DNA of 64,000 bases from Lama guanicoe (taxonomy: Eukaryota). Location: assembly GCA_013239625.1 (NCBI GenBank), contig MU054323.1, forward strand, positions 3,336,161 to 3,400,160, in the 5' to 3' direction. Position numbers and translations under genes: made by a program. The notes under the pieces were generated by a model. That model was given only the letters and a program-made list of their open reading frames with translations, searched no databases and was not told the DNA's origin. Shown one piece after another: positions 46,261-60,500 of the stretch (the first letter of the stretch is position 1; each line of letters opens with the position of its first letter).

Positions 46261-49200
46261 AACAGTGATGTCTGCTCTAACTTGGGGAGCAAGAGCCGCT
46301 CAGTATGGAGAAGAGGGTTCTGGGCCTGTCTAGGAAGAGGTGGGACGGAGATGGGTAGGGTTTCAGCAGAGGAGGCGGTGGGAGGGAGCTAGTTCACGGG
46401 CGGCTCTGTGCAGACTTGTCAGAGGGCAGGCCACGCCCGAGGCTGGGCTCCAGGGAACAGGCCTCCCCAGCCCAAGAGACCTTGCCAAGTCCTGGCCACA
46501 GGCCACAGAGCCTCCCCCTTGAGTGGAGCAGACCAGGGAGGGACAGACAAGACCTTTGCCTGGAGCAGAGCTGCAGCAGGTGGAGGCTCCATCCAAGGGC
46601 CCAGGTCAGAGGGAAGCTTCAGACACGTGTAGAAACCGTGAGGCTAGAAATACCACTGAGCTTCCTATGAAAGTACAAAACCCAAACTTTACCTCCTCCT
46701 CTCTTCACTGCCCCCCGCCCCTCAAGAAAAATGTTTTGGCCCCAGCAGGGCCCATCCAAGCTGTCACGCTCCATCTACAATGCACACAGTCCCTGTTCTC
46801 GACCCACATCCCAGGCCACATCCTGTCCACACTGTCCTCAGGTGGTGCTTGAAATACCTGTCCTGCCTCCACAGAGCTTCAAAGCTGCCCCTCACCTCCT
46901 TGAAGTCTGTCCCCTCAGTTACAACGACTACTGCCCCCCAGGCAGGCACAAAGTGGGCACCCCCACCCCAACATACTCCCACCCCAGGCCCATGGCAGAT
47001 GATCCCCACAGGGCACCTTTAGGGGGGCAAGTATTGAGGGGACCTCCCTGCTTCACCCTCACCCAATGCCCTTGCAGCTCTGGAGGTGGCCCGAGGAGGT
47101 GATGCTCCAACTCCCACCCTTGGAGACAGAGCTGGACCTGGAGAAGGGGCCAGGGCTGCAGCCACACCAGCCTTGGCCGCACCGCACTGCGAAGCAGAAG
47201 ACAGTCATCGGCGCCAGGCCCTATTTTATAGATGGGGGAACTGAGGCCTGTAGAGAACGCAGCACACAGGGACCCCATCAACCTTGGAGACACCTCCCAA
47301 GATGCAGGCTTACACCAGGGAGGCCCAGCCTCTCACCTACACAGAGAAGCCCCAACAGGTTAGTAGTTTCCGAAGAGAAGGGCTTCTCTCAGGCCTAGAT
47401 AAGTCCTTGGATCTGCCAGTCCTTGAAAACAATTTGTTCCCTCAGCTTGGCTTGGCTTATCCCTCTGCAATCTTGTTTATACAACAAGTTCTTAAGCAAA
47501 CACTTTCTCCCCTGAAACTGGCTCCCAAGCCTCAGGGCAGCCTCTCCCCTCTCAGGGCTGGGTCTCCACCGAGGGAATGGGCTGAAGTGACCTCCCAGAT
47601 CTCCAGCCTGAACCTCCTGTAACAGCCTCAGCTCCCCAGCTGCTGAGGTTGAACTTGGATCACCAGGTGCCAGCCGACTCTGGAGTTTGGGGTGAGACTT
47701 CCGGTTTCACTTAGCAGGACCGCTGTGCTACGAGACTGCGGCCAGCTGCCTCCAAGGCCCCATGTGGGGCTCTCCTTGGCACGGCCTCTGACACTTGGCC
47801 ACGGCTCAGGGATGCCGGGGACAGGGTGGCCCAGCTTGGAACCCACCTTAGGTAGTCTGAGAAGACACAGGCAAGCCAGTTGTACCTTTAGAGGGGCCCT
47901 TTCACCTCTAGAAGGCCCAGAAAAATCAGTTTTTCATACAACAAATCAAAAATCTTATAAGCAGGTCTAGACTCAGGCGGGTACGGGGGTCGTGGGGCAG
48001 ACGCACAGAGGCTGGGGGACTGAGAGAATGCAAGGAACGGCCAGCCCATCTCATCTCAGCCATACTGGTCTCCGGACCACAGCCGGGGCTGCATCAGGAG
48101 GACCCCTGAGAGAGGATGATGGCTCAAGTCAGCACCTCCCACAGATAAGGGTGAGGGTCCTGCCCAAGGCCACCAGGCAGGGGCAGTAAGTGTCTGCAGA
48201 GTTGTAGGTAGTGCTTGCTCCCCTCACCTGCCATCTCTCTCCCTCTCCCCTGCCCTGAAGGACCACCTTCCCTGATGGCCCATCTGTTTTAACGGAAACA
48301 TGCCTAAGTCTCCTCGAAGTGCTGCAGGCCCCAGGGGCCGCAGGAGAAGCGTGTCATCCATCATCACCAAGTAAGAATTCCTGACTCCTGCCTAGAGGCC
48401 GAGGCGACCAAGGTGCTGGCCCAGCTGCAGAGGTGGAGAGGGAGTGGCATGGACAAGAAAGGGTCAGGGCTACCAGGGGCTGAGGGTCTTCATCATCGGG
48501 CTGTCAGACGTTCCCAAGAGCAGGCTGGGAGTCTGTGCGCAGAGGGCTGGCGGAGAAGCTCCATGAAGGTGGCCTCAAGCCCACTCTTCCAGCTCTCACT
48601 CAACCCTGGCCATGAGGAAGGTCATCTCCACCCGGTGGACCCCTTGCCCTGGCTGGCTGAGGGGGCCTGGGGCTATGCTGCTGCATCCCTCCAAACACCT
48701 TGGGCATGAAAGCTCCTTGGGAAGGAGGGTCACAAGGCAGGATCCAAGTGCCATCTCAGAGATGCTCAAGTGAGGGGTTTCTGACTCCAGGCTGACCAAA
48801 GACGTTGCCCATCTGGCCCCTGGCCCCCACCACTCCATCAACCCAAAGACCTGCAGTTTCCAAGCTGCACCCTGAGTCACTAACACATGTCACTCACTGC
48901 TTGATTCATGTGATGGATAAACACAAATCCTTTAAAACACATTACTGAGGTCATGTGCCAACAGTACAATATCATGCAAGGAGGTCACAGACTTTGATAT
49001 TAAAGAGGGTCTTCAACTTCAAAACTCAGGGGACCATCATTCCAGGGGTTTTGGGGAGAAGAGGGTAAGAAATAGTCTGTCTTGGCCCTGGTGAGCTCCC
49101 AGAGCACACATCCAGGCACCCCACTCCAGGAGGCTTCTGGAAGGGGGAACTGTGCAGGCTAGGGTACAGGGGGTCACCCTACAGAGGACACTAGGGCTGG

Positions 49201-52200
49201 GCAGTGAAGCTGTCAGCCAGACCCCGGAGAGGTGAGGACAACACTCAGTCCTGAGTCCCAGCTCTGGCAGCACTGGGGCCCCAGTGGAATGGCAGCCTTG
49301 GCAGCAAAGTGGGAAAGGGAGGTTTGGGGATCTGTTGGTCACAGTGCCTCAGTGTGGCAACAGAAGCCCTGGCCGCTGTGGTGGGAGCTGGTCACTGAAC
49401 CCACAAGGCCCCCTATTGCTCAGGAAGCCAAGGCTGAAGAGCTGATCCTTGTCACAGGGCCTGGGTCTCAGCCTTTCCCAACCAGCCAGCCTTGGTGCTA
49501 CTGCTGGGGCTGCTGACTGGGTAGGGGGACCCCAGCTTGTCCCAGGAGCCCAGACTGAGGAGTCCAAAAGCAAGCAGACCCTACAATCACTCCAGGATAA
49601 ACACCCCTCATTCCTAGCCCATCAAAATCACACACAACAGCAGGAATCCTGGGGACGCTTCAATGAGATTCACAGTTTTTCAAAATCTTTTTTTACCTTC
49701 CTCAGTTTCTTGGTCAGATCTATGAATCCAAGGGAAAAGAGCTGATTCCCCTGCCCCCAGACTTCACAGCTCTCAGGGGCTGAGGTGTCTGAGCTACAGA
49801 ACCCCAGCCTTCACCCCCCGACCTGTGTGTCAGGATGCCAAAACAGCCGGAGTGACATCCATACCATCACCTGCACCCAGGCTGGGGGCTGGCTCTCTTT
49901 TTGGGGATCCCTAACAGTCACCAGAGGACTGTTGGAGATGAGGTCTGAGCTCCATCCCTGAGGCTCATTCAGTGGCTTTGGGGCCAAAGCCCAGGCCTCT
50001 GCACACTGCCAGCTCCCAGCTCCCGTAGGTGGTCTGCAGACTGCACTTGGAGAGCAGTCTCAACAGGAAAAGGCCTGACCCAGAGTGGCCTGGGGGAGGC
50101 ACTGGGGAGGGCAAGACCCCCACTCAGGTCCAATGTTCAAAGAAGAGGTATCAGATAGCCCTGTATACAAGCCCTAGAGGCAAAATGATCCAACCAAGTT
50201 CTGGAACATTCTCTCTATACATCAGATATGTCCACTCTCCACAGCCAGTACAATGCAGCGCCTGCCCAGTCTGCAGAAGAGGCCTCACTGTGGACCTAGG
50301 AGAACCCCCGAGCTTCCAGAGGCACCAACCCCTTAATTCCCAGCAAAGCAAGAAGCAGGAAAAAAAAAGCAAGACTCATCTGTCCCGAGGCTGAGCCCGG
50401 CTGAGCCTGGCTGAGCCTCGGGCCTGCCTGCCTGCCTGGGGCTGAGCAGGACCCCCTCGGTTCTCCAGGCAGCCGTCGTCCCGTAGGCTGGCCTGATGCA
50501 GTGACCAGGCTGAACCAACAAAAGCAAGCACAGAGACACTGATGCTCCCCCAGGGACCCCACCACTGGGGCGAAGGGGCAGGGAGGGGATCAGGAGCTAC
50601 AGAGCCATCTTCCAGGGGTACCAGCCTGCCCCTCGAGCAGCAGGGGAAGAAAAGTTGCAAACACCCAGCCCTGCTCCCGTGGCCTACCAGACCCCCTGTG
50701 CCCCGCAGCAGTAGGGTTTGTGACTCTGCTTTCCCTCATTTGGGGGATCATTTGTACCCCCTCTTTTAGCCCTGGCTAACATGGCCTGAGCATGGACCCA
50801 AGGGGACAAGTGGGCCAAACCCAAAGCATCTTAGATCAAGATTCTCAGGGGAAAAGGAGCCCTGACCAGGGTGGCTTCCCCAGGTGTCCTGCTGTATTGT
50901 TCCTTGGTGACCTGGGCATCTCTCTGTCTCTCTCTGGACCTGTTTCCCACCTGGACAACAGAAGAGGCTTGGCTGAAGAAGTCTAAGCCCCTTTAGGGTT
51001 CTGACAGGCTAGGCTGGGATCTGGGAGCTGTGGCCCCAATTCCTTGTCAGTGAGGCCAGAGTGGTGTAGGGGTGATAAGCTGGCCACAGCCAGCCTTGTG
51101 GGAGTGGGTAGGAGGGGCAGGACCACAGCCCAGGCCCAGGAAGACACTGGGACTCCCCCTGCCCCAGGATGTCATGGTGATGGTAGCTAAATCACTTCCT
51201 CTCTGGGGGCTTTTCTTTCCTAACTTGGAAGCTGCCAGGGAGGCATGCGTGGCCACTGAGGAGGCCCAGATCTCCCAGCTTTGGCCTCAAGACCCTGAAA
51301 TCCACTCTCTCCCCACCAAATAAAGACACCCCAGGAGGGTGGGGCCCCACCAGTGCCTCAGGGCAGCATCAGCATTTCCGGCCTGACAGGCACAGTGATT
51401 TATCAGCTCTTGGAGACCCAAGTCAAGCTGGGACCTGCAGAGGAGTGATGTGTAGGGCCCAAGGCCAGAGGGGCCCAGGAACTAGCAGGCAGGGAAGAGG
51501 GGGCCTCTTCCGCCTTCAGCCCAAGAATGTGCACCTGTGAGGGCACTAACAGGGCCCCGGAGGAGGAGCACCTTTTAGGGGACCTCCTGGGCATGCTCCC
51601 CTTCCTCCATGCACACCGCCCTGACCTCAGCTGTCCCCACCTGCCACTCAGAGACATACCTCATGGCTCCGGGGGATTCCAGGGCAGGGCCAGAGTGCAG
51701 GGAGCCATCCGTACTTGGATTAAAGACCCCCCGCGGTAGCATTTCCCACGCACTACAGGTCGGGGCTTCCAGAAGGGAAACCCGAGGTCAAGGTTGTAGA
51801 GCCTTTCTCCCTTGGGGTACCCTGAGAGGTCAGGTTTGTGTTGAGGGAGGGGGTTCCTGGAAGCCAGTGCCAGTCGCGATGCCCAAGCCAGATCAGAGCT
51901 ACCACTGGCACCCCCCAGCCACCCCTCCACAGAGCTGGCGCCCGCCTCTCTGCCCGCGTGCCGAGACTCGTCTTAGAACAGGCCCAGCGGAGGGCTGGGT
52001 GTGGGGCCATGGAGCTGGAAGACCAGTTCCTCTGCTTTTCCCCACCTGCCAGAACCTGGGCCAGGCAGGGCAGGATTCCACTTGGGCGTTGAGCAAGGCC
52101 GCCCAGCCTGGCCCAGCCAGCCTCTGTGCCTGGTGCTGCCCTGGGAGCCAGACAAGGGGTGGCCAGGGGAAAGTGACTAGGCCCGGTACCAGGAAACCTG

Positions 52201-53824
52201 GTTATAGCCTGGGCACGGTTTCCAGCTTAACGGTTTCCAGCTGCACATCAGGGGCTTGGCCGAGAGGTGGCAAGGGGTGAGGAGGTCTGAGTTCCAAGTC
52301 TGTGACTAGGGAGTCAAGGCCTGCCCTGGAGGGGCAACCAGATGCAGCAGCCACAGCAGGCTGCCCACCCGAGGGAGGGGTGGTGTACCACCAGCGTGGT
52401 ACTCAGAGGGGGAAAGCCTGCAATGGCAACTGGGGAAGGGGTATTAGATCACAGTGACTCAGTGTCACCGCTCTCCACTTCCCAGGGGGGTGATGGCCTA
52501 GGCAGGATGCTGGAGATGTCCCAAGTCAAAGTGACGCTGGGGATGACAACTGTCAACCCACGGAGACAGAGGGAGTAGCCAAAGCTCCCAGAGCCTTGTC
52601 CCCCACCTCAGCCTTGGCTGATCCAATGAAACAGCTAAGGCCAGAGGCCCATGGCAGGATGCCCCTGTCAGCCCCCCAAGGGCGCCCCCCCCGAACTGCC
52701 CTCTAGCTGACTGATCCCCAGAATTCACTTGGCTTGGGGGCCTGACACCTCTGGCAGATAGGTTTCTAGAAACATCCTCCCCCTGCTCTGGCTAAATAAA
52801 ATGTCCTCAGGTTTCAAGGAGGCAGAAACGTGCAGCTTTTGACACACCTGCAACCAGGCAGGGCTCCAGCTGTGTGTCTGTGGAGGGAGGGGGAGCACTT
52901 TATCACCCAAATCTCTCCCATCAGTGCCCTTGTGGTTGCAGGGCACCTCTTTTTTGAGGTGAAAATACCTCTGGGAAGGCTAAGGGGTGCTAGTCACTCA
53001 CATTAAAGCAGAAACCAGCTCTATAGGGGAGGGGTGATTCTGGCACTGGGGCACTGGGGATGGGTAGGAGCTTTGGAAGATGGGAAAGGATTGCAAAAAG
53101 GAGGCCAAGGGAGATGCCAAGAGCAAATTTTTAACCTGAGTCAGAATGTCACCCCCAACCCTATACCCAAGAAAGAACAATGAAATTCCCTTTGTTCCTG
53201 TTTAAGTCACAGAGGTACATGGCTTCTCCTCCCACATACAGAAGAATCATGGGCTAGTCTGGGAACCTGCCTCCAGGATAAAGTACAATTCAGATTAAGT
53301 AGGTACTGAGGCTGCTGGAAGCCCAGTCAGAGACACAGGAAGGGCAGAGTCTCCTGGAAGGGGTCCCATGGCAGAGTGAAGCTGGTCCTTTCTGGCCTGC
53401 GTGATGGAAGGCAGAATTTTCTGTGATGGCCAGGTCTGAATAGGCTGGGCCCGCTCCCCAGATTACCGGTGGTACTCCAGCCCAATTGGAAGCAAAGCAG
53501 CCCAGCACCCTTCACTGTTAGCCTGCCCTCCTCCAGGGGCCTCTTGATGGCGAGAAGGTTCACACAGCTTCCAACGCCCGGCACTGCGTTCCCAGGCCCT
53601 GGCAGCACCTGCACACAGTAGGTGCTAAGGCAGCTGAAAAGAAGGCTGTGGATGCAGCCCTAGTCTTAGGAGCTTAGAGTCATCCCCGGAAGGGGAAGAA
53701 GCCCTAACACTTTGCCCAGAGCTCAAGGGCAGTCTTAGGGTAGAAGAAGAACCCAAGAACTGACCTGGGCTAGGGGACCACTTGAAAAATAGAAATACCT
53801 GAATGAAGCCTTGGAGGGAAAAAC

Positions 53825-54050
53825 AGTAATCGCAGCTAATATTTCTTGACTACTATGTGCCAGGTACAGTCTAAGCACTTGACCTGAATGAATTCATTTA
53901 CTTCTCATGGTAACTTTAGATTCTAGCACCATACCTATCTTACAGATGGGAAAATTGAGGCAAAGAAGACAAGTCATCTGTCCCAGGGCACACAGCCACT
54001 GGAGTGCTAGAGAGAGGGTCTGGGGCCAGGCAGTCTTGCTATAGCAGGCA
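53825..54050 (-). mobile_element. MIR in SDC1 intron 1
   Basis: tactatgtgccaggtacagtctaagcactt..ttacagatgggaaaattgaggc..cccagggcacacagc. Confidence 0.7.
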
Positions 54051-57000
54051 TGCACTCTGTCACAGGGAAGACCACCAGCTGTCTCATCCTCAGGAAGAAA
54101 ATAGCCATGGTTTCCACTGGAGGCGGCCCAGGGGAAAGTGCAGAAGGAAGGAGGACCCATGGGTGGGGCTCTCCCTCCCTTCCAAAGCAAACCTCAGCCT
54201 GCAGTTCTGGGAACCCGCCACTGTCCCCCATAGCCAGGGGGTCCTGTTCAGCTGGCCTGAGACCCTACCCAGGTGCCCCAGTGTCTGGGTTCACTGGGCC
54301 CCCTCCCACCGCCTGCCAGCCCAGACCACACCTCCTCAGGTCAGAAGCCAGCCCTTGGCAGAGGCGAGCAAAGTCTGGCCTGCCGGTGAAGGCTCATATT
54401 TCTGAGCAGGGGCAAAAGCCATGTTTGCAGGCTACGTCAGCACACAGGGGTGAGACCAGCTGGCCATTCACACTGAGTGACAACTCCCCACCCCAGACCA
54501 GGCCAGACTGTCCCCCTTCTCCCAGTCACAGTCCTCAGGAGCTCTCCCCAGGGGACTCCCAAAGCTCTCCCAGACTTGCTCCTCTGGGCCCAGACAAGGA
54601 GGGGCTCCCAACCATGCCACATGTTATTCCACTGGATCTTTCCAAAAGCCCTGGGAAGCAGGACAGGAAAGATGTTAATTTACATATGAGGAAACTGAGG
54701 CTTAGAGGCAGGTGACGAAACATGTCCAAGATTCTACAGGGAGGAAGTGGTGGAGTCTGGTAATGATCTGGGTTGGCCAGACTCCATGTCCTGGACTTTT
54801 CCAGCCTCCCCTCAACACCTCTCTGTTCCAGCCCCAGATGGGACTAACCAAGGCAGACTAGCCAGCCAATTCTGGGTCCCATTTTGCTGCCCAGCCCCAA
54901 GGCTTCAGGACCCCAGATGGGGCCCCAGTACCTACGCCAGAGGTAGGCAGACTCAGGCATTCAAGCTCAGGCTGCCACCATCACACTGGGAGGAGAGGTG
55001 GACCAGGGTATCTATTAGATGCTCAGCCCCTCTAGAGGGGATCTAAAAGAATGATCCTGTTCCACAGAGGGTTGGAAGGGAGAGGGGTAAAGTTGGGGGC
55101 TCTCTGCTCCTTGCGCCAATTCCCAGAATCCCAGTGGCCTCAGTCATTGCTTCAGACTCACCACGGAGACCTCGAGGCCAGCTTCCTGGCTTGAGACTTC
55201 CCAGGACTTTACAACAACCAGGCCCGGCCCAGGGAAACTGTGCACCTAAGCTCATCCCTCAGACCCTGTCCCCCAACCTCTCCAGTGCCTGTTAGGGGTG
55301 GGGAGGGGAGGCAGGGGACAGAGCTTGAGGATCTCAGCTCAGCCCAAGTGGGCCCATTCTCCTAGCCTGGCCCTCCCCACACCCCAGCCTGGAGGAGCAC
55401 GGTCACCACGGACAGCAGCATCGCACCCCAGCAGCTTCCTCTGGGAGAAGCTGGAGTGGAGTCAGCCTCTGCCACAGTCTCAGAGCTCCTGAAACACCCT
55501 GCATCTTGGGGCCCTGCGAGCCCAAACCTGACTACATGTCCCTCCAGGACGCTCCCCGGAGATGGGGCACCAAGGCCCTGGGCAGTGTCGTGTGCAGCAG
55601 GGATGCTGAGAAGCTACTAGAAAAAAAGCCAACGCTAACTCTGTGCCCCTGCCGCAGGACTGACACAGTCAAGTCCCCGACCAGGTCAGACATGGCCAGG
55701 GCATCAGATGTGGCACAGAAGCAGCACTGCAAGTCGTCACATCCTCCTGAGGCCTCCTGATGCCCGGCACACACTAGGAGCCGGGGTGGACGAGCCATTT
55801 CAGCTCTCCAGAAGTTCTCTCCCACCTCCCCACATCCCACACACCCTGGGCCAGGCCCAGAACCCTGTCTCCTCAGGCTGCTGGGGAGCAGAAGGCACTC
55901 GACAAGGGCCAGTGTGGCCATAGGAAGGGCCAGGTGGCCCCAAGTGGGAAAGGTTGTGAATTCAAGGTCACGTAGGACAGTTCTATTAACACCTTTGGAA
56001 ATGAATGGAGCCCAAGAATGGTCCCAGTGCAGGCCTGGCAGCCTCTGCCATTCCCACTGCCTCCATCTGGGGAACCCCTTCCCCTAACACAGAAAATGCC
56101 CAGCTTTATAGCCTGAGCCCCTGCTTTGAAACTGCTGTATTGTGGGGCCCCCGGACGAACTCTTTCTGAGGCTGAATGACCTTCAGTCATCACTGCTCCT
56201 TTGGCCCCACAGACTAACCTTCCTATCTGGTCCCAGTAACAGCGGCCCTCTCATACATGTTCCCCTGGACCAGGCGTGGACCCTTCCCCACCTGTACAGG
56301 GCTGTGCACATGGCAGGCAACCAGGCTCTGGGCTGGAGATCTGATCAAGCCAGGTAAGCTCCACAACTCCCCATGCTTGAGGCAGAACTCTCCTGGGGCA
56401 GCAGGAGCAGAGGCAGGCCCCACCCAGATGCTTAGCAGTTCTGTGACACAGCCACGAGACATCACTAACAGCCAAATGTAAGACCTGGCCTCTCAACCCC
56501 TCCCCCCATTTCACAGATGGACTCACTGAGGCCAAAGAAGCCCATGCATAGCCACCTAGCAGTAAAGAGAGGAGGGTCAGGGTTGGAAGCCAGGCCCTTG
56601 AGCCCCCACCTGCCTTACACATAGTGCCCAGGCCCAGCACACAGTGGGTTCACGGACAAGGCTGGTTGGATGAGTCTCAGGGGAGGATCTGTGGGCCTGG
56701 CACCATGACTCAGCTGATGAGTGGAGCGATAAACATGCCCACTTTCCCCACTGCCCCAACCTGCCCTACATGGCTTCCGTTCCTGCTGATGAGCGGACCT
56801 GGGGCAGGTGGCCAGGATGCCTGGGTGTGTGCAGGGAACATCACCTGGCCCCCACCCTCAGCCTGACCTTGCCCAAGGGCCTTCCAGCCACCTCTGGTTC
56901 CCACACTGAGCCTGAGTCCACCTCCTCCAAGCAGCCTGCCCTGACCTCCACCCCTCAGGCAGCTAGCACTCCCTCGAGTCCCCAGAAGAATAATGGTGGA

Positions 57001-57488
57001 GGACCCTGAGCCCCAGCCACGTCCCTCCAGTGCCACCGTCTCCCTTCCCAGAGCAAGGTCTCTCTGCAACCACGGGCTGTCAGAGCTGAAGCAGGAAAGG
57101 GAGGCCTCTTGAGCACACAGGGGAGCAGGCACAGAGGAGCAATGACCTGCCCAAGTCACACAGTGGAGGGTTAAACTGAGACTAGGAAGACAGGTGTCCT
57201 GGCTGCCCTTGTCTGTAAGAATAACTTCCGCAGATTTCTAAAGCTGGGGATGGAGGGGTGTCAGAGCTGCAGCTAAAAAGGGAAAAGACAGCCAGAAAGG
57301 GAGGGAGTGAGGAAGACAGCTTCCTGGTTTCTGAGGAGGAAGTTGCAGACAGATGGTGACCAGGTTTCCAAAAATCTCGGACTGCAGCCTAACCAGCAGG
57401 AATGTCCAATAGGGAAATCAAGTCAGGACCGCCCAGGCAAAGCCCAGCTGCAACCCATGCTGCAGGCTCACCGCTCCACACCGGCATG

Positions 57489-57489
<1 letters not shown>

Positions 57490-57520
<31 letters not shown>
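57490..57520. repeat. (CA)n microsatellite in intron 1
   Basis: Direct reading; a similar tract lies at 44996-45020. Confidence 0.9.
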
Positions 57521-57521
<1 letters not shown>

Positions 57522-60500
57522 GGACTCGTGGGGCTGCAACCTTCAGGTGAGTCACTGGGAAAAGGAGTTTTTTCCCAGGGCTGAAGGCCAGAGGAGGAGC
57601 AGCCTCTACATATAATTAGGCAGAACCACAGAGCCACGAGCGCAGGAGAGAGGCCCTCAAGCCTCCCGTCTCCTGACTGGGCGGCCCCGAGCACCACGGC
57701 TGCCCGATGCGCCCCCTCGCTGTAAGTGTGTCTCCACACACTTGCGGTGGACCTGAGGATGCAGAGGACTTTCTAGTGCTGACTCCCCACCCAACGTCAG
57801 CATCCTGAGGACAGGCAGAAGCAGTTACATCACACAGATAAAGTTAGTCCTTCTGGGGGGGGGCAGTGGAGGGGAGGGGGCTCCCCATGTCTGCCTGGAG
57901 CCACAAGTTGCACAGTTGCTGAAGTGACCCCGAGCGCAGGGACTTGCCTCGTGGCCTCACTTCTCTGGCCTGTGCCCCAAATGTGACTCCTGGTGTCGAG
58001 AGGTGCATACAAGGCCTGCCCTCCCTGGGCACTGCCAGGGCACTCATGGCCGCTCAGAGGGAGGTTCCCGAATGCACGCTCCCATCTAAAGCCCAACCTC
58101 TGCTGGAACAGCTGAGAGGGAAATGACACTGCGCTGAATCTGTTCCAGGGTGTACGATCCTGGCGCCAAAAGTCTTCTTTCCACAGACTCCGTTAACCCC
58201 ATTCCTTCCCTCTAGACAGACTTATGCAGGCCTTCAAGGAGGGTTTCAACCCAAGACTCCAAAATTTGTTGTTGGAAAGAAGAAGGGAATCAGGAAATCG
58301 TTTGTTCTGTAAAAACCCCAGGGCTCTGGGACTAGAGCTCATTTAATGATCAAATCCTCATGTGGCCGCTCTGGCAGTGGGACCTGGAGATGGGGGTGGA
58401 CGGCAGGAGTGAGCCCAGTGCAGGAGCCAGAAGTCCTCGGTTCTAGTCACTCAACTGGTGCCACAGTGCCTGCCTTCCAGGCTTAAAAAGAGATCTACTA
58501 ATTCCACAAATGCTTCCCCAGTGCCCAAGATGAAAGTCAGAGTAGGCTGGCTGCCGCCCCGGGGGCAAGTGCAAGGGCAAGCTCTGCAGGTTTCAGCCAG
58601 CCTCGCAGGCCGGGCTTCATGGGGGAGACTTGCCAATCCTGCAGTTTCTTCATGCCAGACACATAGGCACACACATATGTACAAATTCTGGTGCTTCCAT
58701 GTTGTTCCCTTGGAGGGGCTCACCCCTGCTGGCCTCATCCACAAAATGGGGACAATGACATACATGGTAAAGGTTTGGGGTAAAGATGAAATAAGGATGC
58801 AGGAAAGTATGGAGCACTCAATAGTAGGCATTCAGTTAAAGATGACCCTAATTCGATCAACAGCTAACTTTCCTCTGGCGCCCTCCTTACCAAACACTTT
58901 CACACCTTCATTATGAAATGAATACTCAAATGACAGAATGAGGACAGGGAGAACAGGTCTGATGTCCGCTTGACACAGGATGTCAAGACTTGGAAGCAAA
59001 GTGACTTGCCTGAGATTACGTGGTAAATTAGTGGCAGAGCAGAGACCAATCCCAGGGCTCGACTTCATCCAAAGCTGGGTGCGCTGCAATGCGTACACTA
59101 TCACCCAAGTGAAATACGATGAGAAAATGGCGACAGGACCCAAGCTGAGGACAAGGGCCCTTGTCAATCAGGATTTATAGCGAGTTAGCCTTGCCAGTTG
59201 TTACCTGTGACAGGCAGGTCACCACAACTCATGGTCAGGTGCTTCCCCCAGAGGTCACTGACACCTATTCAACAAGGGAGTCCATAAGCATCTCCCTTGA
59301 CAGCCTCTTTGTTATCTAGGGTACTATCAGGCATACTACGGAGTCCCAGCTGGGGCCATGAAGGCACAAAATCCACATTATCACAGATCATGAACATTAC
59401 TTACAGGTGAGACCCTTACTCAGTGCCAAAAACTGTCTTAGAAATAATTCGAGCAAATCTGTCTAGTTTCTTAGTACTGCTGGAGAAAAGTGCCAGTTAG
59501 AACTGAACTGAAAAGCCACTTGCTACGCCTACGCCCACTTTTGGCTGCCGTCAGACAGGGATAGAAGAGGAGAAAGAGAAACCAGAATTCCAAATGTACC
59601 ACCATGGGGGCACCGGGCCCAGGGACAAAGTATGCTCAGAGCTCAAAAACCCAGGAGACAAATGCCATAACCTAACTTGGTGACAGCTGTGAGGACCCTG
59701 GCATCCAGAGATTAAACTATGCCTAGTATTCTTTTGTTAATAAAGTAAGGGAAATAAATATTTCGGAGTCCTGCCCAAAGTAAGAATACTTGTGGGGGTA
59801 ATACGGATTCTTAGCTTACTGAAAAAAACCTGGCTACCAAGGATACTTCATTCTCAAGGGATTTCAGAATCCAAAATTCTCCTTCAATAAACGATTCCTG
59901 TATAAAATTCTCCAAAATTGAAGCTCTTCATTAATTCTTTCCAGGCTCCTCTCCTTTCTTATCCCTCTCCCCAACAATTTGGGTTAGTGAGGTTTTATTG
60001 GAACCCACCACGAGCCACAGGTAGAGACTTAAACCAGCCCCACCCTCCCCAAGGAACCAAAGCCAGGAGTGACATCACCTCCAGAAGGCTCTGAGCCCAG
60101 GCGGACCAAGGCAGTTAGAGCTTTCCCCAGCCCCCACCCACTCTGCCAGGCCGTCGGGAAATGTCTCTACTAGCCCCCATAATTAAGGCAAAAAGGGATT
60201 TTATGCCTTTCAAGAAAGAGAAGAGAGGAAAACAGCAAATAACTTCCCAGAACAAGCAATTTTTCTTGCATGGCAGAAACAAGACCACGGGAATCTCTCA
60301 TATACACACAACCACACACAGAAAGCTTTTTAGACAAACCTGTTCTCATCTCTTGGGAGTGGTTTTGAGCAACCTCCTGCCCTAGCAGCTTTCCCTTGTC
60401 CAAATCAGGCGCCCAGGATCATACCCTACCTCACTGGTCCCCAGGGGGTTCTGACCTGCTTCCCAATGGGGCCAAAGTGAAACCTGGGAGAGGCCAGGTC

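Noticed and set aside
50389..50418. GGCTGAGCCY x3 and similar short repeats (e.g. 28997-29027) as a CRISPR-like or functional array
   Set aside because: Short slippage repeats without spacers in a mammalian intron.
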